This document shows, piece after piece, positions 1 to 11,190 of a stretch of DNA of 64,000 bases (positions are counted from its first letter, which is position 1; each line of letters opens with the position of its first letter). The stretch comes from Dendrobates tinctorius (lineage: Eukaryota), in assembly GCF_039654945.1 (NCBI RefSeq), contig NW_027361939.1, forward strand, positions 10,416,001 to 10,480,000, read 5' to 3'. The translations under genes were made by a program, and so were the position numbers. The notes under the pieces are model-generated. The model saw only the letters and a list, made by a program, of their open reading frames with translations, did no database searches and had not been told where the DNA came from.

Positions 1-811
1 GTAAGCGACATAGGTTATCAGGAGAACTATACGATTATTCTCATTAAAAGCATTTCCTAATATTATTATTATTATGCCTACTACATATTGGGGATAGGAT
101 CTTGGAGATGGGAATACCCCTTTAAAGGGAACCTGTGATCAGATTCATGCTGCCTGAACCACGGACAGCACAAATCACAGCGCTCTAACTACGTATTTAC
201 GGCAACCCCAGCCGATCATCTGATGTGTGTGCGGCCTCCATGTCTGGAGAAAAGGATCAGGTAAGGTGGGAAATTCAGCCCCCGATTCTTGTTTCCAGGG
301 AAGATAAGACGGTGTCGGACACGTCAGAGAGCGCTTTATTGACTCTACGCGGGATTATCATGAAAGGGCATGGCGTAGAGTGAAAGGCGCGGAGCAAAAT
401 TCTGGAGGAAAGCAAGAAAATAATAAGAGGTGTAAAGTCCAAGAAGACAGTGCGAAAGTGCAACATGTGTATCAAACAGCAGCAACCGCTGATAACTTTG
501 CTTTTTTAAAAATGTGTCTGGTCTACAAATTAGATTCAGCAGATCTATTAGTTTTAGCAGATCTAGCGCACCGAGTTTTGCATATTCTGTGACAGGTAAT
601 AGCTGAAAGAGGAGAACAAAAAAAAGATCAAAGAACAAAGAGTGACTGGGTACGTAAAGTCCAAGAGAACATCAACTGCAGGTGCAAAATGGGTTAGAGC
701 TTGAAAAGCGGGAAAACTCTCCTCCAGAGTCTTATCTCATGTGTCAGATAAGCAATCTGAGGCAAGGCAACAAAGGTAACACGCAATCTGCAGACAAGGC
801 AACAAAGGTAA

Positions 812-1181
812 AGGGGGTTTTACACATAGCGATATCGCTAGCAATATCGCTAAAACGTCAATGATTTTATGACGTTATAGCGATATTGTTGTGTGTGATA
901 CTTACCTCCGACCGGCTCCCCCGCTGTCCATCGCTGATCGCGCGAGATCGGGAGGCTCCATTTCTCGTTGGGCGCTTCCTGCTGTGTGAGACGAGCGATG
1001 CTGGACGCGGGCGGGAGGACGTCTGGATCGCTGTGTGTGAAAGGTGAGTATCGTCCGCTGCTTCGCTGCTTCATTGCTGTGAGATCTTCCTGTGTGGAAG
1101 CTCACTAGCGATCATTTAGCGATGCACCAGCGATCCTGACCGGGTCGGATCGCTGGTGCATCGCTAAATGTAAAAGGACCT
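812..1181. mobile_element. PIF/Harbinger-type MITE
   Basis: Ends AGGGGGTTTTACAC...TGTAAAAGGACCT; TAA target duplication at 809-811 and 1182-1184; second inverted copy at 13317-13699. Confidence 0.8.
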
Positions 1182-1332
1182 TAACACGCAATCTGCAGAC
1201 AAGGCAACAAAGGTAACACGCAATCTGCAGACAAGGTAACACGCAATCTGCAGACAAGGTAACACGCAATCTGCAGACAAGGTAACAAAGGTAACACGCA
1301 ATCTGCAGACAAGGCAACAAAGGTAACACGCA

Positions 1333-1886
1333 CCTCAAAACCAAGGATCTAGGTATTTATACCTTATGCCTTAACATTTCCAAGAGCACCCCTTACATAC
1401 TGCCTCCTTAGATGACCTCACTTTTATTCCCACTCCACTTCACTGTCCCCTAATGCTACCTACACATTCATGCTTTTCAACTCCTTACACCTTCACTCTA
1501 TTCCTCTGTTCAACCTCTCACATGTTCACCGTATCACACCACAATACATACTCACTGGCCTCACATCATTATAGATCCATACACACCTTCACAAAGGATG
1601 TATGACACTGTCCCCACCTTATGTATCACCTATCACTAGATTTTTGGTTTTATAATACTTTATAAAGTTTATTTATTGATTTTTGTTCTTTTATTGTATA
1701 TATTGTAGTCATATCCCTGATGAAAGCTCGAGAAGTAGAGCTGAAACGTTGGATTGTAACACCACCCTTTTTTGGATTGTAACACCACCCTTTTTTTCAC
1801 AATCAATAAAATCACAACAATTAAAGACTGTAGTTGAGAAGACTTTACTTTCATGTTATTAGTGTGCCGGGGTTACTCCTATACTT
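1333..1886 (+). mobile_element. Penelope-like element 3'/pseudo-LTR fragment with hammerhead motif
   Basis: Insertion in the minisatellite carrying a CTGATGA..GAAAC motif followed by AATAAA (1805), the layout typical of PLE pLTRs. Confidence 0.6.
1711..1754 (+). ncRNA. Minimal type I hammerhead ribozyme motif
   Basis: ATCC-CTGATGA-A-AGCTC(gagaagta)GAGCT-GAAA-CGTT-GGAT: stem I ATCC/GGAT, 5-bp stem II, palindromic ACGT stem III, GUU cleavage triplet. Confidence 0.7.
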
Positions 1887-3313
1887 AAGGCAACAAAGTT
1901 AACACGCAATCTGCAGACAAGGCAACAAAGGTAACACGCAATCTGCAGACAAGGCAACACGCAATCTGCAGACAAGGCAACACGCAATCTGCAGACAAGG
2001 CAACAAAGGAAACACGCAATCTGCAGACAAGGAAACACGCAATCTGCAGACAAGGTAACACGCAATCTGCAGACAAGGTAACACGCAATCTGCAGACAAG
2101 GTAACACGCAATCTGCAGACAAGGTAACACGCAATCTGCAGACAAGGTAACACGCAATCTGCAGACAAGGTAACACGCAATCTGCAGACAAGGTAACACG
2201 CAATCTGCAGACAAGGTAACAAAGGTAACACGCAATCTGCAGACAAGGCAACAAAGGAAACACGCAATCTGCAGACAAGGCAACAAAGGTAACACGCAAT
2301 CTGCAGACAAGGCAACAAAGGTAACACGCAATCTGCAGACAAAGCAACAAAGTGCAGAATCTGAAACGCGGGAGTTAATGTAATATTTTTAATGTACCTG
2401 GAACCCTTTAAGATGTTCTAATAAATTAGTTGTTTTATATCCAACGGCTGGATACCTTCATTTGCTTTCTCTAACGAAGTACATAACGTAGAAACATCAA
2501 CAAACAACTATTCACCATCACAATTATATTGGGTTGTATGGGCAAAGTGTGGCCCACGTATGGCTCTTTGGTTGTTCTTGGACGGCCCACAGACTGACAC
2601 AGCCAAAGGGCTGGATACACCAGGGCCTCGCACCATGTGGCCGCCCCCGGCCCAACGTCTCAGTTTCACCAGTATCTGCATCATTGGGATCCATATACTG
2701 GGAAAACCAATAATGGAGCAGGGAGCCGTCAGCTTCCTCTCCCACCATTGGGTCTGTGTGCCTGAGCGCAGTAGGCACGAGGAAGTCACTACACTGCACC
2801 AGCCGTGCCTCCGTACGCTTCACAGACGTGAGCAGCAGTGGGACAGGATTAGGCAAGTAGCGTTAATTCTTTTTTTAATTAATAGTACATTGTGAGAAAC
2901 TGTGAGGACATCACACTGAATGAGGGGCTGTGCGGGGCATCATATGGTGCGGCAAGAAAAATAGGGTTGGTGCGATTTACTGCTTTACATAAACTTTATA
3001 AAAGGAAACAAATTATATGGTTTGGATTAGCTGCTGCAGGTAGGAATACACGTTCCATTTAATTAAGTTCTGCCTGATGAAGAGCCCCCCCGAAGCACAG
3101 GGCGAGCCACATCCCCCCTCTGCCCCACAGGTGCACAGGCCGCGCCACCGCCCCCACGGGCCGCGCCACCGCCCCCACAGGCGCACAGCCCGTGCCACTG
3201 TCCCCTAGTGTGAAAAACGGTGCAGAAAAAGGAATGAACATGATTATTGCAGGACTACCCTTTAAACGCATTCTCAGTATTAATGATGACAAATGCAATA
3301 ATGATATAATTAC

Positions 3314-3396
3314 CGAGAAACCAAAACCATGAGGTTGTTCTCCTGGTCAACATGATACTTCCTGACGTAGACATAATCCCGGGAATACATGGGATA
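3314..3396 (-). CDS. STARD7: STARD7 exon 5 (remaining exons not found, presumed left of window)
   Basis: YPMYSRDYVYVRKYHVDQENNLMVLVSR; CAG acceptor, CG|GTAAT donor. Confidence 0.95.
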
Positions 3397-4068
3397 CTGT
3401 AGAGAGGGGAAAACAAACATGTAAAAAAAGGTGGAGGTGGCAGAGAGGAACAAACCCCAGTGTAATGAAAGCTGTGCCCGGTGTAGCGGCATGGCTTACT
3501 GTGGCTCCACTGCCGGAATCCCCCCATATATCTATGTATAGTGCTCTGGAGATCTTTAGCTGTCAGTACTTAGTGACCAATGACATGAGAAGCTTTCATT
3601 ACCGTGTAGACCTGTCCAGAGCTCACGTAACACGATTACCAGAAGCTTAATCCAATCTGCTGTTTTAGCTTTAGTTTCTTTAGGGAGTACAGCGGAATAT
3701 TTTTCCTAATTAGCAGCGATTACTCTGATGTTTAGTCTTATAAAATATGCTGTTGTGATGGGGTCCCAACTGCTGGAAGAACAAGAACCCTGCGTCTCCT
3801 ATTTGTGCTCCGGCAGCATGTATGGTCCTCTATTCTCTGCTTCTTCACCAAGACCCGCTAAAGTAGGGGTCTCAGAAAAACTGGGTAGAGAAGAAAACTT
3901 AGGTCTATTTTCTCCATTTCATATAAACACAAAAGTTTTTATAGTTTCAATGGACATCATGTAATACTTCATTTCCCCTCCGGGGGTGCTGCAGAGAAAT
4001 TAAAACACTAGTACTGATCATCACTAACGGTCCGGCGGAACAACCGATGATCGACCCACAGATATTAC

Positions 4069-4478
4069 AGGGAATCTGTCAGCAGATGTCTGCAATGTAA
4101 TCTGAGAACAGCATGATGTAGAGACCCTGATCACAAAAATGTGCCAGATAATAGGCTATGTGCTGTAGTTTGTTTTTTTCCTAATCAGTGTTTTATCAGC
4201 AGGAGATTATCACTACATGACAAGCGGCCTCAGTCAACTTCTCTGTGTAACCCCAACCTCATCACTGGTTATCAGAAAGCTGCCATCAGTGGTGTGGGCG
4301 GGGTTATACAGAGCTCAGAATTCTGAGCTCTGCTACATCTACAGCAGAAAAAACAGGGATTGTGTCATAACGACAGCACCTGCGCAGACCAGCAAGTGAC
4401 ATCACTGGAATCAGGGTCTCTTTCCCTATATCACGATGATCTCAGATTATATAGCAAAAACCTGATGATGGATTTCCT
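4069..4478. mobile_element. Degenerate T2/Kolobok-type MITE in STARD7 intron 4
   Basis: Starts AGGGAATCTGTCAGC and ends GATTTCCT+TTAA; internal inverted arms. Confidence 0.55.
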
Positions 4479-4504
4479 TTAAATAAAAGACTAGTTGGAC
4501 TTAC

Positions 4505-4615
4505 AGGAAAATGAGTGACCCAGTGAATGACTTCAGATCCAGAGAGCACATCTCTCTCGACCACTTCCAGTTTAATGACCAGTGCGTCCCACTTCTTGCG
4601 ATACTCTGTGTCCAG
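4505..4615 (-). CDS. STARD7: STARD7 exon 4
   Basis: LDTEYRKKWDALVIKLEVVERDVLSGSEVIHWVTHFP (START domain); 111 nt; 78-nt upstream intron; GTAAG donor. Confidence 0.96.
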
Positions 4616-4693
4616 CTGAGGAACAACATATGACACTGAGCTGTAGAACACAGAAAGTGTCCAGGAACACGACACGTAGGAAGGACGTCCTAC

Positions 4694-4743
4694 CTGTACA
4701 TTAAAGAACTGCCGAGGCGTCACATCCCGGTACGAGCCGAACA
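4694..4743 (-). CDS. STARD7: STARD7 exon 3
   Basis: VFGSYRDVTPRQFFNVQ; 50 nt; polypyrimidine+CAG acceptor, CAG|GTAGG donor. Confidence 0.95.
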
Positions 4744-5407
4744 CTGCGGGGAAAAAAAATAACACCAAGATTATTAATAAAATGGAAAGACGCAAACTGC
4801 AGGTACGAATCCATGACTACCGATGCTGAACGTGTTCACTAAAAATATTAGGTCGTGCGTCCTGCCCATACGGGCGAAGAAGAAAACCGCCACATAAAAG
4901 CAGCAAAACTCACACACCCATGGTCTGAGCGTGGATCAGGATGCACGGAGCGACCCTGGGTCTCCTGACCCAAAATTTGACAGCCTCATGGGCATAAATG
5001 AGCCTGTGGACTTCGGGTCAGGAGACCGGCAGTCAGTGCGTGTGCTGCGATCCAAGACACAGACCAGTGACCCAAGCGATGTGTTTGTCATTTTCCACTG
5101 TACACTGGATGTAATGAGTGCGGATGATCCAGAAGACAGGGGAAGCACAAGAGGAGCCTCGTGTACAATGAGGTAGGGGGCAGATTACAGACTGGGTCAT
5201 GTCCTACACTTTTCTACGTCCGTCCCATCATGACCAACCAACAATCCAGAGCACTCTGACGAAGCAGCCGTGATCATGTGGGAGTTACATGATGGCCTTA
5301 GCTATGTGACGCCGCCCGCGATGCTCAGCGCTACCGCACCAGGGGGGCTATCGGTGACTTCTATGGCAGCTTCCCCATCACAACCGTGCAGTGCTTTATC
5401 AGTGTTA

Positions 5408-5704
5408 GGCCGGTTTCACACTAGCGCATTTTCAGCGCGCGCACGGCCGGGGGTAGCTCCGCCCCCGATCCGGCTCTCTGCCCGGCGTGCCCGCCCCTTC
5501 CTTGTAGCGCCGCCTCCTAGCGGACGGCGGCGCCTGCGATCGGCGCACCCTATCTTTAGCATACCAGGGATTCGTGACAGATAATCATCCGGACCGAAGG
5601 CACAAACCCGATGTCTGTATTGGTCAATGTGTGTACGGTCTGTATGCTGCCCAAGAAAAAACGGACAGCACACGGACGTGTCACAGGCATATGTGAATGT
5701 AGCC
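5408..5704. mobile_element. Harbinger-type MITE, apparently chimeric
   Basis: TTA at both flanks; GGCCGGTTTCACAC...GTGAATGTAGCC; left ~155 bp matches the arm of the 54379-54876 element. Confidence 0.7.
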
Positions 5705-7758
5705 TTACCTGCTCTGGCTCTTGGGATGAGCCCAGCCCTGGATTACAATCACAGTGCCTCACATCGGATTACCTCGCTATAAGTGGCACTATGTCTCCGG
5801 CCTAATCTGTGCCGTAAATGTCGGCTGAGTAGCCACATATACTAAAAAGAGACGAGGATGAAAAAAGGAGATATTGATTATTATTAGGACAGGTATCGCT
5901 GTGTTGTACGGCAGCCCTCTGACAATTCTGGATGTCCAGGGTACAACAGCAGAAAAATGAATGAAACACCGATGGTAGAACTGAGCAAAAATATTTGTTC
6001 TGCCCTTGTCGGACATCCAGTAAAGTCCTCCGTGGCAGCCGGACCAGGGCAGTCCTTACGCCTGTGCCCAGAATCCTTCTAGCCTCAACGTAAATCATGG
6101 GGCTCAAGGATGCCGGTGGCAGGAGTGAAGACTCCCTGGTCCGGCTGCCACAGGGACTGTGCACCAAAACAGAGCAGCGAAACTCATTATGCTCAGCTCC
6201 AGCAGGTAACAAAGATGGACACTGATGGAAATCCTGCCTTTTGTTCATAGAAGGGGGAAAAAAAGACAAAAAAACAATGGGACGTCTGAGATCTTATGGA
6301 TCTTCTGGTAAGTCCAGCTGCAGTGGAATATTTCAGTCATCGAACTTATTACACAGCCACAGTGATTGCAGGTAAAATCCACAAGATGCCGTAGCTTCAC
6401 CATGGATGACACCCCTATACATACGGCCTATCTGCAGCATGATGCACACAGGTGTAATCTGCGGTGTGACGCCACCACCATAAATCCGCCACATCTCGAC
6501 TCCCCTCATAAGCATCGCAGATAAAAGATGAGTGCTTTGATCCAATCCCTCTTGGGGTCCACAGCAGCTCAGTGGTTCATTGCCACATGGGTCCACCTGG
6601 ACCAGGGCTGTAATCTCCCCAGCTGCGGCACCAGCACCGAGCCCATAGCTTTTTTTTTTTAGGTTTCCATCGGAGGTTTGGTGATATTACCACCAGGTAC
6701 ATTTATAGACTGGGCTGCTCTGGCATTTTCAGCTAATGGAATCCCTCAACGGAAAACTAGAAACGCTGGCGGCTCAGCTATACGGACGCAGGCAGGCAAG
6801 AAGAGACCGGTCAGCTAGCCAAGAGGCCGAGACCGTCCACCTCATCCCTGGCTGCAGGGTTTCAGTCCATTCACTATCGGACCCATAGACCATGCATTCA
6901 ACGTTCAGCTCTATTCAGGACAGGGCTCCAGAGCCCCAAATTGAAGATTCATTAGTGGTCAGATCCCCAGCAAGCAGTGAATTATCCCCTACTGCATGGA
7001 TAACCCTTTATAGAATGCACCAGCAGGCCCTAATGGCGAGCCAGTGTTGGCCATCGCCTGGGGGTGCAGTTACCGCTGCCGCTCTCTAGACTCACAGCGG
7101 TGACTGCGCCACCACCGCCCCGTGACTGACACCGAAGCACTGATGGGGGGGGAATAAAGTCCATTTTCTCTCCACAGCGTTCAGCTAAGTGCAGGCACCG
7201 GGCAGTATAATAGCCTGGAGGATAACCCCACATCTGCAGATGAATCACATTTTTTTCTGCTGACACGTTCCCTTTAAAGACTTCAAGACGGCAGCCGTCA
7301 CTTCCGAAGACCATCGGCTGCTGATGTTTGACACGTACCTGCTCAGTGATTAACTCCAACATCCAACTGTGAGCTACAAGCCAAGTCCCAGCCAAGGACC
7401 CCCAAGCCTTGCAGCCTCTTCCTCCCGATTTTACAATCAATTATCTGGTGACAGCAGTCTGAGCTAAGAAATCAGCAAATTAAGACACTTTCTACTAGAG
7501 TGCAGCCCCTTCTTCCTGCCGCCCTAGGCACGTGCCCTCAAGTACTTTATTTTACGTATGGACCTAGCACGGACACAGATTATTCTGCATGCAGCCACAG
7601 ATGTGCTGAGCACCTGCCTATAAATACGAGTGGAGTGGAGTGGCTCCGTTACTTACAGATTTTCTTAAAACGGTCCTACAGCTCAGTAATCATGCTGCTG
7701 CGGACAGATGGCAGCGGTCCACCACTACGCAGCAGCAGGGATAAGCGACGCCCCTCAC

Positions 7759-7922
7759 CTCGGTACTGATACAGGTGCGTGCCCTCGATCAGCCGCCTCC
7801 AGAGACGAAAGTCCTTCTTAGCCATCACCAGCTCCCAGCCTTCTTCACTGTCATCAGATCCCGGGGTCTGGTCCGGAGACACACGACACGCCAGCTGCAT
7901 CCGCTTCATCTCCTCCGACGGC
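7759..7922 (-). CDS. STARD7: STARD7 exon 2
   Basis: RPSEEMKR...WELVMAKKDFRLWRRLIEGTHLYQYR. Acceptor CAG at 7925-7923, donor G|GTGAG, phase consistent with exons 1 and 3. Confidence 0.93.
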
Positions 7923-8789
7923 CTGCGGACAATCAGTATCTGTGAGATTACGGACACACGTCAGCACCAGGCGTCTAATGGAGCAATACTGGGCGAGCGG
8001 TGATCATTTCATCCAGACATGGGCAGAGACCAAATGTCCTGCAGCTGCTGTCCGCCCCATCATCCCCGTTATGGAGCCATGGAGATAAGCGGCGCCCGAT
8101 GCCTGAGACACCATTCATAGAATAAGACACCAATGACTGCACAGATGGCAGCCGCCCTCCATGCCTGTCCCCGTGCGGACGGGAACGGCCAGCAGACCTG
8201 TCAAAGGGCAACTTCAGAGCTGCCACCGGCTAAAAGGCAAAGTACAGCGCACACGGGTACAAACTCCATAAAGGGGTGAGGGCAGGAACGACAGCGCGGC
8301 ATTAGCACGGCACGTCCAAGTGTAACACTCCGGAGCTGCACTCATACTTCTCCTGGTAGACACCGGCGCCGAGGGCTACAGGAGCGCGGCATCCGCGGGA
8401 CCAAGGTCCTATGGGGCAGCGGAACAGGTCGATGGGGTTGAAACTTCACCCCCGGCGTCCAGCGCCTCTGATCAGTGTTTTGGCTGTGTCACATCACCGC
8501 TGCAGCCAATCACTGAGTTTCAGCAGGGCCGCTAATCTTAGTGATTGGCTGCAGCCAAGACCAGAGCAGCGGTGAAAAGCCGGGGAGGGAGAGTATACCT
8601 ATGCTATATGAGAGTTCAGATCCACTGTAAGACCCCCATATACAGGAGTCACAGGAGATTTGGCTTCCATTGATGAGATCCGCATCCTGCTTCTCCCAGC
8701 AGTGAGTGCAGGGGGCGCACTACAGGTCGCAGCACGGCCGGCTGTCACCCTCCTGTCAGACAGTGTCAGTGTGCAGTGCCCGCCCTCAC

Positions 8790-9028
8790 CTGAGGATCTC
8801 TTCCTCCCGCACACGTTCCTCTTCCCATAGAAAGGCCCCGGTGAGCGCCGCCAGCAGCCTGCCCGTCCGCCCCGGCCTGCCCCTGTGGCGCAGGCCCCGG
8901 ATGAGAGCCCTGGCATTGCGCTCTCCGTGGCGCTGCTGTGCCCTCCCGTACTGGCACAGTGGAGGCAGGCGGGTGCGGAGCCATCCCACGATCCCCGCCG
9001 ACACACCGCGCACGACCTGCTGCCACAT
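8790..9028 (-). CDS. STARD7: StAR-related lipid transfer protein 7, coding exon 1 (Arg-rich mitochondrial-targeting N-terminus)
   Basis: MWQQ...RGRPGRTGRLLAALTGAFLWEEERVREEEILR resembles human HGRPGHASALMAALAGVFVWDEERIQEEELQR. Donor AG|GTGAG after 8790. Start taken as ATG 9028; an in-frame ATG at 9106 overlaps a CCAAT box. Confidence 0.85.
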
Positions 9029-9079
9029 CCCGGGACAGAGCGGCCTGCGCCGGCCTGCAGCACGCCAGACACGGGAGGC

Positions 9080-9145
9080 CGGGGCCACGCCCACCACAGC
9101 AGCCATTGGTGGCTAGCGCTCAGGCTTGTTCGCTGATTGGACAGA
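9080..9145 (-). promoter_or_regulatory. STARD7 proximal promoter: GC box and two CCAAT boxes in a CpG-rich island
   Basis: Minus strand reads CCAATCAG (~9133-9140), CCAATGG (~9103-9109) and GGGCGTGG (~9086-9093); high CpG density over ~8700-9300. Confidence 0.55.
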
Positions 9146-10519
9146 CGTTCTGTCACTCATGAGCTGACTTCCCCCAGCACCGAGCACAGCCGTCCTCAAG
9201 GGCATTGGGCAATGAGAGGAGCAGAGAACGTGCCGGTCCCGGCCGTGTAAGTGCCGGCAACTCCTCGTGTACCGGCCTCCTGCTGGAAAATACCACAGGG
9301 TACTGCTGTCCGGCAGCTCTACATGTGGTGTTGTTTGGCAATGTGGCAGTGAACATGAAGAGCAGCCTTATGTGCCCTTCACACACCCTACAGTACCGCA
9401 GTGTCCGCATACAGTGTGCGCTAAGAGCCGACTCTAAGGGGACCGCAATGGGCTCCGACACCTGCCCAAGTCACCCAAAAGTATTACAGGGGCAAAACAG
9501 AGGTCCCCAAAAGTGCCCAACAAAGGACAAGTTCCCCACTATTTGTTGATTTAGGGAAAACTCACAGTGAAATGTGACGACGTATTATGGACAAAAACTC
9601 TGTATAAATGTTTCATCGTTTTACTTTTTTCAAAATTCAAATGTTAAAAAAAAATGAAATTAAAGTAACTTCTTTGAAAGCGAGCCCGTGCGGGACAATC
9701 TTTGGTCTTGGTCGTAACGTGCCACGCTTGCTGGCACTGGTTGTACTTGTCTCAGGAACGCTGCAGATTATCTTTACAGCCACTTGTAAACAAATCCTGG
9801 AAAAACTTCTGGAAAGTTGGATAGCCCCTTTAAAATGGGGTTTCACCTAATAAGAAAGAGGACCGCAAAGTCTGTAGAATAGCAAACAGCAGGTACTGGA
9901 GTCTTCAAGGGAATCTGTCACCCATATTTAGTGATATCATGTAAACATCACTAAATTGTGCGTCCCGTAAGGATTCTAGTAGGGCTTTTGACTCCCCCCG
10001 ACCCCGCACCTTTGAGGCATAAATACCTTTTTTAGCTTGTTGGGGATGCATGCAAATCGTCGCGGTCCGGTCCGATGGGCGTGGCTTAGTGGTATTCTCC
10101 TTCCCCCACCTCCTCGGCTTGCTTCATGTAATCTTCGACTGTGAATATCACAGACGCCGTTTGTTTCCGCGCTTGCGCAATGTAAAGGCCCCCAGCGCCT
10201 GCGCAGTATGCTTTGCCCAACTGTGAGCAAAGCATAAAATCGCTACTGTGCAAGCACCAGTATTTTCCAGCGCGTTCTATGCCCCGGAAGTCTTCACATG
10301 CAGGACACACTGGCTAAAGTTGTGGGGGAGTGGGGCTGGCTCCAGGTTTTCATGTGCCCTGGGTCAAAGAGTGTCAGTGCGCCCCTTTAACACATACCAC
10401 AACTCATGATGCTCTGATACGGCACAGAAATATAGGTATAGTACAATGACAAATACTTCACTTCTTACATGACATGACTGATCTATTGTAAACTGTACAA
10501 TAGCTCAAAAAACGGACAG

Positions 10520-11190
10520 TATATTACTCCATACAGTATTATGGCCACCACATTGTGCGCCATACAGAGTAATGAGCCCCATATATTTCTCCATACAGAA
10601 TAATTGGCCCCATATAATGTTCCATACAGTATATGATGAGCTCCACATAATGCTACAGTATATGATGGTCCTCATGGACAATACTCCAGTGTATAATGAG
10701 CCCCGTAAATGCTGCTCTAGTGTCTGATGTCCCATATTTGGAATGCTCCAGTATATGATGGGCCTCATGGATGATGCTCCAGTGTCTTAAGGGCCCAAAT
10801 AATGCTCCATATATAATGGACCCCATTTCGAATGATCCAGTGTATAATGGGCCCCGTAAATGCTGCTCCAGTGTCTGATGTCCCCCATTTGGAATGCTCC
10901 AGCATATGTTGGTCCCCATGGACGATGCTCCAGTGTATGATAGGCCCTAATAATGCTCCATATATAATGGACCCCATTTCTAATGCTCCAGTGTATAATG
11001 TGCCCCATAGATGCTGCTCCATTGTCTGATCTGCCCCATTTAGAATACTCCAGTATCTTATGGGCCCAAATAATGCTCCATATATAATGGGCCCCATTTC
11101 TAATGGTCCAGTGTATAATGGGCCCCGTAAATGCTGCTCCAGTGTCTGATGTCCCCCGTTTGGAATGCTCCAGTATATGATGGGCCCCAT
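10520..11190 (+). repeat. Minisatellite of ~21-31-bp TGCTCCAGTRTATRATGGGCCCC-like units with higher-order period
   Basis: ATGCTGCTCYAGTGTCTGAT-like blocks recur at ~10709, 10860, 11011 and 11131. Confidence 0.85.

Larger units (their letters stand above)
750..2352 (+). repeat. Minisatellite with 23/32-bp units (AACACGCAATCTGCAGACAAGGT +/- AACAAAGGT), interrupted by two insertions
   Basis: Visible tandem units at ~750-811, 1182-1332 and 1887-2352. Confidence 0.95.

Noticed and set aside
275-475. Possible STARD7 downstream exon (CAG acceptor then NFAPRLSLYAMPFHDNPA*)
   Set aside because: No similarity to the expected exon 6-8 peptides (AVEHPS.., NGFDYLLTY..) and the phase does not follow exon 5.
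1859-2350. Cys-rich ORFs in all three minus frames; regular repeats superficially like a CRISPR array
   Set aside because: Minisatellite read-through; no unique spacers or cas genes, and the context is eukaryotic.
7923-8789. ATTTT/ATTTC repeat like the human STARD7 intron-1 expansion locus
   Set aside because: No such pentanucleotide repeat is present in this intron.
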